From the NCBI GenBank assembly GCA_964304625.1, contig OZ199840.1:10984341-11048340 (forward strand): 64,000 nt of DNA, in the 5' to 3' direction. Below are positions 12,903-27,020 of this stretch, piece by piece. The translations under genes and the position numbers were made by a program. The notes below the pieces were generated by a model, which saw nothing but the letters and a program-made list of their open reading frames with translations, was not told the origin of the DNA and made no database searches. The first letter of the stretch is position 1. Each line of letters opens with the position of its first letter. This DNA comes from Kudoa neothunni. Its lineage: Eukaryota > Animalia > Cnidaria.

Positions 12903-13200
12903 GTACGAGTCGATTTTTACGAAAAAACCGGAGTATAATAAAAACATATATTTAATAACTCATAAGAATTTGTTTCCACTCAAGGCGTTCATACAATTAG
13001 AATTGAAAGCATTTAGGGAGCATGTAAAAGGAAAATTAATACTATTCGTATTAAGAAACCTAATCTAATTAAGTTATATTTATCAGAACACACTTTCAAA
13101 CAAATTGAAAATGAGGTTTTTAGGGAAACTACAAACGAAATATAACTTATTTACACTTTTGATTGATTAAATATGTTTTTTCGTAAAAATCGGCTCGCGC
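12903..13200 (+). mobile_element. Short Merlin (IS1595/ISXO2-like) deletion derivative
   Basis: Inverted repeats GTACGAGTCGATTTTTACGAAAAAAC / GTTTTTTCGTAAAAATCGGCTCGCGC enclose EFVSTQGVHTIRIESI*GACKRKI...LYLSE, the ISXO2 C-terminal motif. Confidence 0.7.
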
Positions 13201-14289
13201 GCTAATGCTAAAATACACTTTAACCCATACCCTGATTGGTACAACAAAAAAAATTTCTTATAAAAATAATTTTACTTTGCTTTAATATTGTTATATTGAT
13301 TTATTTGCATATTTTGGCTATAATAGTATAATTTTGATAGTTTTTTGATAGCATAAGCATAACCTGGCACTGCTCCAAAGAACCCTTTGTAGATGATCAT
13401 CCAAGAGTCATGTAAAGGTTGAACCGGACTCCAAAAGTCCAGTCGGATTAGTTTAATCATTTTAGGGCTCAACAATTAATCGGTTAGCTGTCTTCAGACT
13501 TTATTAACACATCAAAGATGTCTTATCATTGAATATCGTATTGTACACACTGATTCGGGCTAATGACCTTAAAACTAAAATTAAGTATTTTTTAAATTCG
13601 CCGCTAATTGTAAAAAATGCAAGTTCAGTATCAGACAACATATCGAATATGAAAGTAAATATGATTCTAATAGATTTTTTCAATTTCTTTTTTACTCGCA
13701 TATTATTTAAATGAAAACTGGATAAATATCAATTAGAATAAAGACCGAAAAATCATTATGAGATTTTCTATTCTTATTTCATCATCACAATCCGTTTCTT
13801 ATATTAATTGCTTGTTGAATATACCTAATTGTAATTTTAATAAAAACCTTTAAAAAAATTTTTCACATTTTATTATAATTCGCGATTTCACACTAATATA
13901 GAATATAGCTATCAGATAATTATGTATCAACAGCAAACAGTCTAATAAATAGAAACAGATACATGACGATTGAATCAAATGGAAATCTTCGGCAGATTCA
14001 TTAAAATCTAAAAAAGTTCTATTCAATTCATCAGACGCAATGCTTTAAGTGTAGGATGAATAAAATTAGTCACCGGAACCAACAAGATCTATCATTGTAA
14101 GAAGAAAACCACATGTAAGAGATTAATTGTGCATAAAACCAAAATTAAAGTTTATAACAATAATCCACTTTAGTTAAAACTCAACTTACAATCAAGAGAA
14201 AAAAAATTTTTCATTAATAATATAAATTTTTAAAAAAGCATAATATAATGAATTAGCGTGAAATTCAGGTGGTTTAAAACGATGACTTA

Positions 14290-14480
14290 TTTGAGGTTAA
14301 AATGCCAATTTAACGAGCGGGTGGGCTTGTGGAGCGCATGATAATCTGATAAATTCTATGGGCGTGCCCGAAATTAGCATGTGTCGCAAGCGCTGATTAA
14401 CACATGGAGGTTTATTGGCCACCGGAAGCAGATATCTTTGCTACTTCTCGTGACCTTTCGATTCGTTCTACAGAAATCAA
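14290..14480 (+). mobile_element. Possible BEL/Pao LTR-retrotransposon integrase relic
   Basis: Fragments GGLVERMI and ALINTWR resemble GGxWERMV and ILNSRPL; very short and degraded. Confidence 0.2.
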
Positions 14481-16903
14481 AATTTTACATACTTGTTTAC
14501 ACGACTTTTATGTTAGCTGATTAGTTTAAAATTGATAAAAAATTTATTTTGTTGGTAAAAACACGAAACTACATTTTACCGAGTAGATCACTAATCTCCG
14601 TTTTGTTTACTGTAATAATGTGGTCTAAATCATAAATAATAGCGATAATTTAAAAATATTCAAAATTTTCATACTAAGAAAAAAATGAATGTTATTGCTG
14701 ATAGTAGATCTATTCCAGAGTTTCTACAATTACAGAAAAAGTTGTATAAAACTGCCAGAACATTCCAAACGAACTGGAACAACAAAATAGAACGGTTGTG
14801 TGGTTGTATTATTAAGAAGCGACTTTTTACATAGAATTCAACTCAAAAGAAAGCCCACATATAATTATATTTAATTCATATATTTTTTTTAAATAATTAA
14901 ATTTGTTAGTTAAATTTTTTTTTGGTAATTTCAAAATTCGTGATAATCTAATATCTAATACTGAAGTAGAATCACTGAGTGTCTACCCAAAGAAAATACT
15001 CAGGACACGTGCCTGCTGTAAACGTTGTAAACGTATTGGCTAAAATTCATTTTTTCTTAGGGCACTTGTTTCACATCCTATAATATAGATGAGTTCATAA
15101 AGGCCCATAATCGTAAACTGAATGTAATATATTATTTAACAATATGATTTAAATAAAATGTGGGGTGTGAAAATAGTATTTTTTCTAATATTGTAGGATC
15201 CAACTTAATTTTTTTTGGGCGCGCGCTAACACAAGCATGTGAAAAATAAGTCACGACTAATCTTTCGCATTTATTTGATGATCCCCAAGGGATTACAAAG
15301 AATCGTTTACCTACTGTGTAAGGATTCTAATGTTCATAACTTTTTATCACGGCTCTAAAATGAACTAATATAGAGCGTGTGGCTCTCCACTTTGAGAGCT
15401 TTTTACGTTATTTTATGGGAATCAATTACAAAATTATTATATTTTCTTCTCATGCCCAACGATTAAATAATTATTTTAAAAAATAAATTTTTCTCCTAAT
15501 CACCTATATAAATAACCATGTAGTAAGAGTAAGAGTAAGCATTATAATATCCATTTTATACACTCCTTTCTATATCTCACTGTGAACAAATATAAATTTT
15601 AACACAAATTATCTATTATAATGTTTATTATATTTTTGATATTATTTTGTGCAGATAAAAGTAACAAAATACATCACTATTAACGAATGTTTTTTAGACA
15701 TGTAGAATATTCAAAATTTCGTCATTCTCATAACCCATTTATATTTTCAGTTTTTGTTTATTTAGATCAGAATAAGTATTTTTAGTAGCTATAAATATTT
15801 TCAGCCGAAACTGTCTCTTTATGAAAGCAATTATTGAGCGTTATTTTATGAAATGACTCATACAAAAGATATTAAGAGTAATTATAAATTGAAAAATGTA
15901 TCAATAACTGATATAATATTATTGCTAAAATTCTAATAATAATAAAAATAATCTATACCAATAAAATTTATTTGTGTAGATTATTAAAAGAAACAACTCA
16001 GATAACAAATTAATTAAAAATTATTTTTTTTAATTGCTCAATTTTTAAAACCGAATAAATTTAACTTTTTAATTTTAAAAAATATTCTTATAATCTTAGA
16101 ATCCTCGTTTGGTTGAGATACAATCCATTTGGTCACAAGGTTCAATTCAAATTTTTATCCATTTTTCATATGATTAGGAAATTACAAATCAACTGATTAG
16201 AATCACACGTTTTTATCATTCATGCGTTCTCAAAAAGGGGTACGCGAACGAGCGTTTCCCTTACTGTCATTTAGCCTATGCGCACGTTCTATAATATTCA
16301 TTTTTGGGATTCATCAATATATTTCCGGCTTTTTTAATTTTTAACCAACTAATACTAATGCCAATCAAGTCGTTAACTATGATAAATTCATGAATTTGGA
16401 TTTCTTTGTTAAATAGTTAGAATTCATTTCCTATCCAATCATATAATTTACACAAAAGGGAATCTAAAAAAATTTTTCCATTTTTAATTTTAATTAGAAT
16501 ATTTTAAAAGTATTGGAAATTTTAATTGATTTTCATGAGGTTTTCGTCCGATACACACAAATAATCTTTTTCCAAAAAATGGACTCGAAGATTTAAAAAG
16601 TACATCGAATTTAAATTATATTTTATGCTGCCAATAAAAATAATAAAGAATTTTTCATGAATTGACATATATTACTTTTAAATTAATTAGCCTTTTTAAA
16701 GTGTATCAAAAGTCAACATATTTATACACAAAATTGACCGAAGTACATCATTACAATTGTCAATAATTATTCATACAATAGTATTATGCAAAATATTGAA
16801 TCATGTTCCAAAATTATAATCGCATCGATAAAAAACCAAAAAAATGGCGTCAAAAAATAAAATAAATATTTGATAAAAGCTTGAGAGAGTACATCGTGAA
16901 TAT

Positions 16904-17542
16904 TTAAATCCCACCACCACCACCACCACCATTGTGATTTAATGGGTCGAATTGAAGGGTGATCGGACGGTATGGGGTGGTTTTGTTGCATCGATAACGT
17001 CCTCCAGTATAGGAAAAAAGCGCGCGCCACACAAAATCAAAAGGAAGAAGAATATAGCCATTCTGCTGTTAAAATATGTGGATAGATTTTTGGTTGTAAA
17101 TAGGATCACGAGTAATTTTGGGCGCGGGTAATCTACTCCCCAAATCTAAGGGAATAAAAAATTTTACATAGGCAACACTTTCCGAGGTGGAATCTATTTG
17201 TTTCGGTACAGATAGAGGTGGTGGTACTTGATCAGGAATGACCGCTGGTTTATCATTACCATTGGGTTCATTCATTTTCCTTTCTTTATTGTTTGGCTCT
17301 TCGTTAGTGTTCTTATCGTCTTTTGTAATGTCCGACTTTTCATCTTTATTCTCTTCTTCGGACGATTCATTAGGTATTTTGCCCTTATTCTCATTGGCTG
17401 GTTTAACATCGGGTTGTTTCTTTTCAGATTGGTCTTTTAAGTTGGCCACTGAAGGATTTTCATCTTTTTTGACGTCATCCGATGCGGGGATAACCAACCG
17501 ACAACCGATCAGTACCAAAAGCACCAACAAATAAGCTCGCAT
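16904..17542 (-). CDS. Orphan signal-peptide protein with a charged low-complexity ectodomain and probable C-terminal transmembrane segment
   Basis: Signal peptide MRAYLLVLLVLIGCRLVIPA, then a K/E/D/N/P-rich region. A 22-nt GT-AG intron after ESVAY opens a frame containing MAIFFFLLILCGA. The tail frame is ambiguous. Confidence 0.6.
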
Positions 17543-17771
17543 ATGTAATATATGTAATTGTTCTTATGGACCAAATCAACACTTAAACTAAAATATAAAT
17601 ATACGATAAGCAGGATTATACAATTAGATATTACAGTTGTAAAAACTATCACTAGAAACGGGAAGGAGTTGTTGTTTACAAACCAAACGCAATACGCAAA
17701 TCTGTGGATAAGTGATAATCTGAACATGCGCATTGAGAATATTGATTGATTATTTGCGAAAACGTTTAATA

Positions 17772-18704
17772 ATGGATCCTGCAACAGCCAAACGAAAGAG
17801 AATTGATTCTGATGGTCTTTCAGTGACAAGTCTCGATGAGAGTAGTCGATCGGTATCGGATGTTGAAGATCAAGTTGAAAAACCGGATAAAAAGACTTCA
17901 GCCGCCAATGTGGTAACACATTTGTGCGCATTGTTTCCCGCTTCATTCCCCACATTATTTGATTAGACTGAGAAGCACCGAAAGTTGAACGAATACAAAA
18001 AATGTTTGCGAGCAGCTGGTGTTTTTGTGAGTAATTATAACAAATATTTTTCGGATTGCGAAACTGAGAGTGAGAAAATAAAAAAAATTAAACGAAATCT
18101 AATCGATATTGGCCACGACGGATCACGGATTACCTTAAATTCATGCAAAAGTCTTAAAGCTGCTAATGACGAAAAGCGCGAACTCGAGGAACTTTCCAAA
18201 AACACTATCCTAGAAGGTAATTACTATCTTTTAATATTTCATTTGTATATATTGATATAAAATTTAATTTTTATTAATTAGGGCGCAGACGCTCTCAAAC
18301 TCATCCTGCCCCCGCCAAATCAACATCTGACAACACCGATGATAACACTGATGATGAAAGTGATGATCTCAGCGATGACGATAGTGACAACGTGGAGAGT
18401 AGCGATGAATTTGTTGGCGATTCGGATGACTATCAAGAAGGCAAATTTAATTAGCATTAATGAACAAAAATATAAATTAAATTCTGCTATTAGATAATGA
18501 ATCTGATGTTGAAAGCAGTAGTGATGTTGAGAAAAAAAGACCAAAAAAATCCAAACGTGCTATCAAAAGTAAACGCGCCAGGAAAAGAAGGCCAAACTCC
18601 AATCAGACACTGATAGTGATGATACTGATACAAGCGACAATGATGTTATAGATAATGAAAGCGATGAGTCAGACGAGGTGCAGTCCTCTTCGTCAACCGA
18701 CTAA
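17772..18704 (+). CDS. HIRIP3: HIRIP3-like (CHZ-domain) histone chaperone; 4 exons
   Basis: KLNEYKKCLRAAGVFVSNYNKYFSDCET..EKIKKIKRNLIDIGHDGSRITLNSCKSLKAANDEKRELEELSKNTILEG|RRR parallels HIRIP3 LKRYIRACG..NYKKLLGSC..SLGKCRALK..LDVANII..RRR. Acidic D/S tail; frame discrepancy near 18585-18603. Confidence 0.75.
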
Positions 18705-18714
18705 ATTTAATGAT

Positions 18715-21700
18715 TTATTGATTGTGTATTCGAATTATTTCGATATTTTGAACATGTTCGATTTCACTGTCGAATTCTGATGTAACTAAAACAAATATAT
18801 CCGTATTCTGGTTGTTGTGGTTGTTGTGGTTGTTGTTGTTGTTGTTGAAATTTGTTGGCAATTTTTTGAGTATTGCGACTGCGTTATCTGAGAGTCGTTC
18901 AAATTTGTGCATTATATCGTCCAATAAACATATTAATTTTTGATGGATTAAAGGGTGTAGTGTTTTTGTCTCGTAGAAATCCGCGATCTAAAATTTAAAC
19001 AATAATTAATCCTTTATATGCTATTTTAATCATTTTATTAATAATATAATTAGATGATTAAATTTATTAATATTTATCAAAATTCAATGAAAAAATTAAA
19101 GATTTTTTAATAATGTACAAAATATAAAGTTTATAATAAAATATAAGGTTGTGTATTATTTAGAGCAGAGGTTCTCAACCATTTTTTCAATTTATCCCTC
19201 CAACTTTGATATCAAATTCATATTTATTTTATGGGTTTATAGTGATTATGCTAAGAGAGAGGTTATTTGCACCAAAAATTATTATCTTAAAAGGCAGGTA
19301 CGCCTGGGTTATGACAATTTTTAATCCCAAAACTCTTACTCACAAGCTGTTTCCGAATTAAATTTTTCTAATTTATTTTTCACAAATTTCTTTACCCATT
19401 GGGATTAGAAATCGTTAAAAATAGTCAAAACTAATGACATTTACACGTTGTTTATCACGCAGATTGAGACTTTAAGTGTTGTTGTTGTTGTTGTTATTAT
19501 TATTAGGCTACATCGTAAAAATAAACAAACCATAAGAGAAAGAGACTGTTTATAGTTTTATAAATATTCGTTAAACATTTATTACTGAAAATTTTTTAAC
19601 AATATCTTCCTGCTTATTACTATTGATTACTATTGAGTTTTATAGCCCTGAATAATATAATTCCTTAGAGATCATGAGGTGTCACAAACCTTATTCTGTA
19701 AGAATTGTCCCTACATAGTTTTGATGTTACTTTATTCATCCCTGCCATTTAAAATTTACCCAACATTTGAGAAACCCTGATTTAGAGATAAGCTGATTTT
19801 TTGATTCAGTTTTTTGCATTATCTTGAGTGAACAATCCTTAAACAATATTTTCCAACCGATAGCGTTATTAGTCACTAGTTACTAATTATTGGTAAACAT
19901 TTTTCGTTTTCAGAAAATTTGATACTGCGTTAAAAATTAATTTTTTTATAAATGAGCGATTATTTAGAACGAAAAAATTTGAGAAAAAAATAATCATAAA
20001 TATGCAATAATGTTTGTTTCGCTGAATTTCGCCAAGTCGAATAAATCATGGTTTCCTCACTGATTAATTTAATAGAAGTGACCATTGACATGGTAAATAA
20101 TATTCAGATGGCACTAATTTTTACTATATTTAATTATGCCTAAACAACTGCTTCGCTCCTATGTGTTAGAAATAATTAAATATAGCAGATTATAAAAAAT
20201 TAAATCTATAAACAATTTGTAAGTAGGAATTGCTGAGATTAAAATTCCACATTGCGCGTGCGTACATACAGTTTAGGACTGCGCCTCCCAACTATAACTG
20301 GACCCTCACCCCTTCGCATACAATATACGATATATGATATACAATAAGGTGTAACTGACTTAAAATTTATCAAAAATTATTTTCAATTTTATTCGGATCT
20401 CGCACCACCTGACCTTAGACTAGAGTTCGCACCCCCTAAGGTGCGGGTGCCTCTAATTGGGAACCCCTGGTTTAGGACAAGAGTCACCAATGCTTTTGAT
20501 TGGCGGCGGGTCGCATTTTTGATTTTCATAAGCTTCAGGAGCCGGATTAAATTATAGCTGGCTTTTTTTCAAAAAAACTGATATAAAAATGAAAAAAGAA
20601 TAAATACAACAAATAATGAATTTTAGTTTGAATGTGAAACATGAAACTGATTCCTGTCTGAGAAAAGTTTACCTCAACTCGGTACAAAAACAATAATTAC
20701 AATCTTAAGAAATGCATTAAGATGTTCAGCTAACAAATGATTGTTGTATCAAGATTTAGTGTATTTTATTTTTGGGGCCTCAAATGGAATTTCGAACGAA
20801 TTGCCGTCTATCTTATAATTAAAAAAATCGCGATATTGGTTATATTTTTTGTTGTAATTATGAATTACAATTTTTTCGCGCATAAAATTCATAGATTAAT
20901 ACAGTTGAGATTGGATATTGCGTAATATTTGGAACAGTGAAAAAAATTACGTAATGTCTATGAACGCGCGTGCGCATAGAATCAGCATGTTTTTTTACAC
21001 TTGTTTTACATGTTTCTCTTAGTTCTAATCAATATTAATTAATTAATTAATTATCTTATATAAGAAAATTATTTCAAGTCAAAAAAAATAAATACGTCGA
21101 TTTTTATAGACAAATGAGATAATTTTCAATTGATGTCATTTTTTAGATGATAATTTAAATATTTGATTCATTATTGGTGTGAGAACTAAGATTAAAGATG
21201 CAGTTGCATGCTTTTCTGAGTTAAAATTGCGTCAAATAATATCAAATGAATACACATTATTTTTTTCTAATTTTAAAACAATAAAATCAACATTATATGG
21301 ATTTTTTTGAAAATAATTGTTGTATTTTTAGTTAAAAAAATCTTTATATTTCCAAAACAAATGATTTTTTTGGGGGATGTGTTGGGCACTGGCTCCGCAA
21401 GATTAGCGTTTTTATGTTCTTTGCCACCATTTTAGAATTTATTTTGTTCATTCCTGAAAAATATATCCAAATCATCGAGGAATTTTTTGGAGGACGATAC
21501 ACAAAAGGTATGTTTTAAACCCTTCGAAGCACCTTGAATTTCAATATTTTCCAATTATTGATAATAGCAACTTTTCTACACATAAAAAAGGGTGATACCA
21601 AAGTTGTTATGTTTTTTTGATAAATTTTATGATTTGTGTCACTTTCCTTCCTTCAAAATGTAACTGTTGTTCTGTAATCGCACATAAAACATAGAGGTAT

Positions 21701-24700
21701 CATCAATATTTATTATATATCTTGGACTATAGGTGTTTATCAAATTTTTATTTTCATAGATCCACTAATTAATAGATGCAAGAATGCCGCTCGCAGCTTC
21801 ACTATGAAAATGTTTAAAAATAGTTCCAATCTTTTATTAGAAATTTTCTACGCATCCCTTGCTTTCTTTATAATTTTGAACTTTATTCTTTTTTGCAATG
21901 ATAATAAACATTATATGAATAAGTCCCCAGAAATAATGTGATCATTCGTGCGAGTTTTGATAAATCATTGACAAACTTCTTCACCTGTGCCGATGAATCT
22001 CTTATTTAAATGTCTTTCCTGTTTTCTAAAACGTCTGAATTTTTCAGCTTGATTTCATGAGAAGGAATTCTGTCAAAATTGAATGTCCTCAAATATGTAT
22101 ATATTCATATATAACAAAAATAACCATATCATTAAGGATAAATTTTTCAACCTTCATTTTTATGGCACCTTTGATTGTTTTTATTGAGGTTAAACACCGT
22201 ATTATTCTAATTTTCTCGATAACATCACATTGTTTCCTCTATATATTGAGGGTAAAATTACGCAATATCGAGTTACATTAATTTTTTCCTTACGCAATAA
22301 AAATTCGGGGACAAATTGAAAATATATTGTTTTATTTTCATTCGTAAATTACTAATCTGCTAAATGAACTAATAATAATAATAATAATAGTTATTTAAAA
22401 TTAATCTCGAATGTAATCTTATTACACTCAAGTTGTGTAGATGCTCAGGGGGGTGTCCATTTTCCGAGGTTAAAATTTTGTTCCTTTTTGCTTAACCACC
22501 ATTTGGATATAAATATTAATTGTATAAAATACTAGAAAATATCTAAGGAATGTTAATTATTGCTTCATCATTTAAAATTAATAATATCGAACCAATTTAA
22601 CTCATAAGTTTAAATATCAAGAATTTTAAATTATAAGAAACATAAGAATCAAATTAACCTTAAATGTGTATCTTATCGAATCATATGTTCTACTCTCCAA
22701 ATTTTGCAATATTAGCGCGTAGATTTTCTGTTTTAATTTAATTATAATCAAATAAAAACCATTATAAGGAACTAAATGAAGAGTCTTTATCGACACTCAT
22801 TTACTAAAGTAATGTACAGATAACTTTCAACGAACAAATCCAGATAGGTGTGTGCGAATGTATTAGAATATTAAGGGAGATATCTCAGGTCGTACTTTGG
22901 TGACCCCCTGTTTAGGATTATATTTTACTGTGTCTGTAGCCTCATTTTTAATGAATAAACAACCCCTTATAAAAGGAATTCAGCTGACCTAAATGTTAAA
23001 TAATGCGAAAAATAATAAAAAATATTTCATATTTTTTTGGTCAATTAATTTCTTCTTTAAATATAAAGATTTTTAATTAAAATTATAAATAAATATAATT
23101 AAAGATATACTGAATTCAACAAAAATGATTTATTTTTAGTTGGAATTAAATTATATTAAAAATAATAATCTATTGCCATAGATTATTCAATAAACAAACT
23201 TTTCCCATATTTTTAAAGCAGCATTGAAACATTGAAAAATTTGTGTGATATTGCAAGCAGATGCATATACGCTTGTTAAAATATATATATTCTAAAATAT
23301 AGATTTTATAATATGACTTTATAAACAAGGGAAAATTTTTTAATTAATTTAATCAAAAATAGAAATAGCATGTTAAAAAGTGTATACAACAAAATTTATT
23401 TTATAAAAAAATAATTTTACTTTCTATTTTGAGTAGAAGGTTCGTAAAATCGTCAGCCAACACATTCGATTCCGTTCCCGAACCACTATTTTCTCTCAGA
23501 AAACTACTGATAACTAATATTCTGTGAGACAGATTGACCCTAATGTTTGGGTTGTGTTCCGTAATATCAAGGCACAACATCCATTTCTCAAGGCCAAAAA
23601 ATAAAAACATTCAATTCCAACTGGTTTTTATAATTAGTCAGCATTTTTTCAAGGTATAAATAACATATTTCACTATCGTCCCCATATATATCGATATTAT
23701 TAATGAGGTAAATAAGAAACATGATCATTGTAAACTCCTTCACTCTGACCTGGTCAACATCACATAAGAGCTCTTCATCTGTAACAAATTGTATTGAGTT
23801 TGTGCTTGAGATTGAATCCTGTGAATCGTAATTCGATGTGGCAATAGCTACCAAGATTATTAAGGGTTCTATATAGACAGAATGTGTGGTATAATTTTGG
23901 ATAAAATCAACAAGAATTATCCAGTCTTCTGTTTGAAAATGCAGCTCCAACTCCATAGTATGGAAATGCTTTTTTTGAAACTCAACAGAATTATGTATAA
24001 AATAAATAATTGTGATTATCAAATGATGAGTATGAATTTGAGGTATGAGGTTCAGTTGACACGGAATTCATCAGAGAAATCAATAGTTTCCTAGCGTTAT
24101 CAATATCTCTTTGAATTAATGAAATCTTGAATGGTAAAGAATCATCATTATAAACAGCAAGCTTTCACGTAGATATAAAACTATAAAATTATTCAGTATT
24201 TGGTATAAAGTTAATTTATGCTCGGCATTGATAGTTTCTTGATACGCTCGATATAACAAAGTGTCTTTTATTTGAATTACCGAATGATATATTTGACAAT
24301 TGATCAGTAGGGAAGATTGTAGTGAATCATCTTTACTTTCTTTGATTTTAATAATGTAATTCCTTAGAAGAATTTTAATAAAATGGCAACAAATGGCAAA
24401 ATCCAGTAGGTATTTTGAAAGATTGACTGTTTCCAGTAATTGTTTTAATAGTGGGTAAATTAATTTCCACACTATTTATCAACGATACCAATATTTTTCC
24501 GACAATCCAGCTATGGGAAGAATCTGCAATCGGAAGCTGCTTCAAATAAATAACAAAAAGCTGACAGTTCAAAAGAAATACATCCTTATAATCAGCTCTT
24601 AAACTTGAAAAAGCAAAATTTTCACTATTAAGAGTGGTTAGTTGTTTTGTAATTAATTCATAGATTGATTCTAAAATAATAAAATTTTCCAAAAAATGTT

Positions 24701-27020
24701 CGTTGACAAGCAACCATTTTATTATCTTTAGATTGTATCCAATGAGTAATTGACATTCATTTTGATTTGAGTTGGTTAAAATTTGTGACAGTACGAAATA
24801 TATATCGTTGATATAATTGGCAAAATTGTTATTTAGCATATTTTCAATTTCCATTTCGATGCATAATCTTGAAAGGATTTGGAAATAAGATTTAAGGTAA
24901 ATTCTAGGAGTTGAGTTGTGTATAATATAGTTTTTAATTTCCATCAGAAATTTAAATAATATCACATAATCCAATTCGATAATATCTAGAGACAACCGAT
25001 TTCCATAAAGCATCAGTATAGTAGCATATATTTTTTGTTGGTAATAGTTGATAGGGACGAAAATTTTCGTCGTTGAAAAATGAATCAATAACAAAAAATG
25101 GGTTGGGTAGTTGTGCGGAGAAATCATTCGCGATATTCAACTGACACGTTTGAATCATACATTAGAACCTCAGGTCCCATACCTTCATTTAATAAATAAG
25201 GCATTTCATCAAGGTAGAAGCCCATGAGAAAGTGACACTCTGGGTCAAAATATGATAACTCTGAACAGCAAAGTATAACTCTCTGCTGAAAATAAAAACA
25301 AGCAATGTTATGAAGAAACAGATATATGTATGTGTGATGATTGTTTTTGAATTTTTCATTGAGAAATAGAAGTAACTCGTTTGTTTTATGGAAAATTTGA
25401 GTTTTATCATTGTGGTTTCCGTTGTTAATGCACTCCATAATGGCGTTTATTATCTGATTCAACAGTAGTTCATGGTAATTAATTAAGAAATCATCAATGT
25501 AGTCGTCGCTCAACAGTACACACTTTAAAAGTAGTCCGAAACAGTTAGGAGGTGCAGAATGAAGATATTCACCAAACAGATCCATTTAGCGGAATGGAAA
25601 TTGGACATAGTTTTGAAGCTTTTATAAGATACTTTAAACATTTCAAGTTTGCCAGTGTAATTGGGTAAGATTCCAATGATATCAACGCTTGATATATTTT
25701 TTGGTATATAACATTATTCGAAATGGGATAGGTAGAGCTTTCTGAGACCGTCATTTTGTAATATCTAAATTTTTGTTTATGTGTTTAAAGTTGAAATTAG
25801 ATTTACTTTTTGATAAATTCAGCCAAGAGATCGCTTTGTATCTCGCATATTTCGTACGACACCTTGTTTGCTTTTATTATTGATAATTGAGTCGCATAGG
25901 TTTATAAAGAGATAGTTAAAATGACCCTGCATATATATCATTGGATAGGTTAATATTTTTTGAGTAAGATATTTCGCCAAGATTCTCATCAAATCGATGT
26001 CAAGTTCCAATTTTGTCAAATAATCATTTAAAATGCCTTGATTAAATAGGTAATATACAAAAATATTTGAAAGTTTATTATTTTTCTTGGTAAATTTGAA
26101 ATCAATACAAGAATATTCAAATGATGATTATGTGCATCAGATAAAAGTAGGTTTTTGCAAATTTAAAATAAACGGTTCAAAATAATCTGACCATTTCATA
26201 TCATTGAATTTAATCCTTTCATCAATTAGATTTTATTTGAAACGTTTTTCTCTTGCACATCAGCACTAATATTGATACCAACTTTCCATGAAGGTTTCTA
26301 AAATATAGTTCACTCAAATAGTATACAAGTTTTACGACGATCTCATTGTGATATTTTAAAATATTGTTCTGCCAATATGTAGAATCAGATTCACAGAAAA
26401 ATAATCAGCAAATCAATCCACAATTCCAATATGAACAGTTTTTCGCAGTTACCTTCTACAGGTGTGGGGATGATAAACGACTATTCAGATAATCGCTAGG
26501 AATAATCATAACCCAATTCATTATATTTTCAAGTTGGTCCTCATTTTCATAAAAAATTGAATAATCAATTTTCTCCAAACTTAAAAGAAGTAAAATAATA
26601 TCCTCACAAGATGTCATAGAATTGTCTTGATTTTTTATCTTAAATATGTCGACTAGAAAACTGGGACAAGTTCAAATCTTTAATTTGACCATCAGTCGAA
26701 ACTAATTCATTCAGATGGACGTAACAAGTTAGAATCTTTCGGTTTAACACAATTTCGACGATATTATCCAGATACTTGTTTTTCAATTGGTTTAAAAGCG
26801 ATAATATTATATGTGCCCTTTTGTGGCACATTTTCACACAACGAAATTGTTTCACGCATTCTAATATGCTATCAACGAGCGATTCAAGTTGCTCATCATT
26901 ATTTATATTGTCTTTGAGGTCTTGGTTGACGCAAAATAAACAAATTGATTTATCTTCATCACCACAAAACAAAATATAATCCTGATGAATATTAGAGTGG
27001 AACATTCGATTTATAAACAT
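18715..27020 (-). CDS. Large helical-repeat protein, tentatively MEI1/PRD1-like; many exons, several apparent frameshifts, 3' exons separated by transposon-filled introns (3' end uncertain)
   Basis: Chain of Leu/Ile-rich minus-strand ORFs from 23401 to 27020. N-terminal RMFHSNIHQDYIL..SICLFCVNQDL resembles the MEI1 CLAC / PRD1 ICLxC motif. Confidence 0.45.
19166..19779. mobile_element. Non-autonomous hAT (Buster/Charlie-type) element
   Basis: TIRs CAGAGGTTCTCAA / TTGAGAAACCCTG with a perfect 8-bp TSD ATTTAGAG on both sides. Confidence 0.9.
20478..22910. mobile_element. hAT (Buster-type) element with a degraded or nested interior
   Basis: TIRs CAAGAGTCACCAA / TTGGTGACCCCCTG; flanks GTTTAGGA (20470-20477) and (G)TTTAGGA (22910-22917). 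Confidence 0.7.

Noticed and set aside
13272-13714. ORFs with faint resemblance to LTR reverse-transcriptase motifs
   Set aside because: No YxDD motif and the similarity is too weak to support a call.
16767-17030. ORF with a poly-Trp tract
   Set aside because: Alternative frame of a (TGG)n microsatellite at the 3' end of the 17-kb gene.
17228-17955. Overlapping antisense ORFs
   Set aside because: Shadows of the real divergent gene pair, with no independent motifs.
21300-22280. Possible Sola or other transposase inside the hAT element
   Set aside because: Only a GEEVCQ-like fragment; superfamily cannot be supported.
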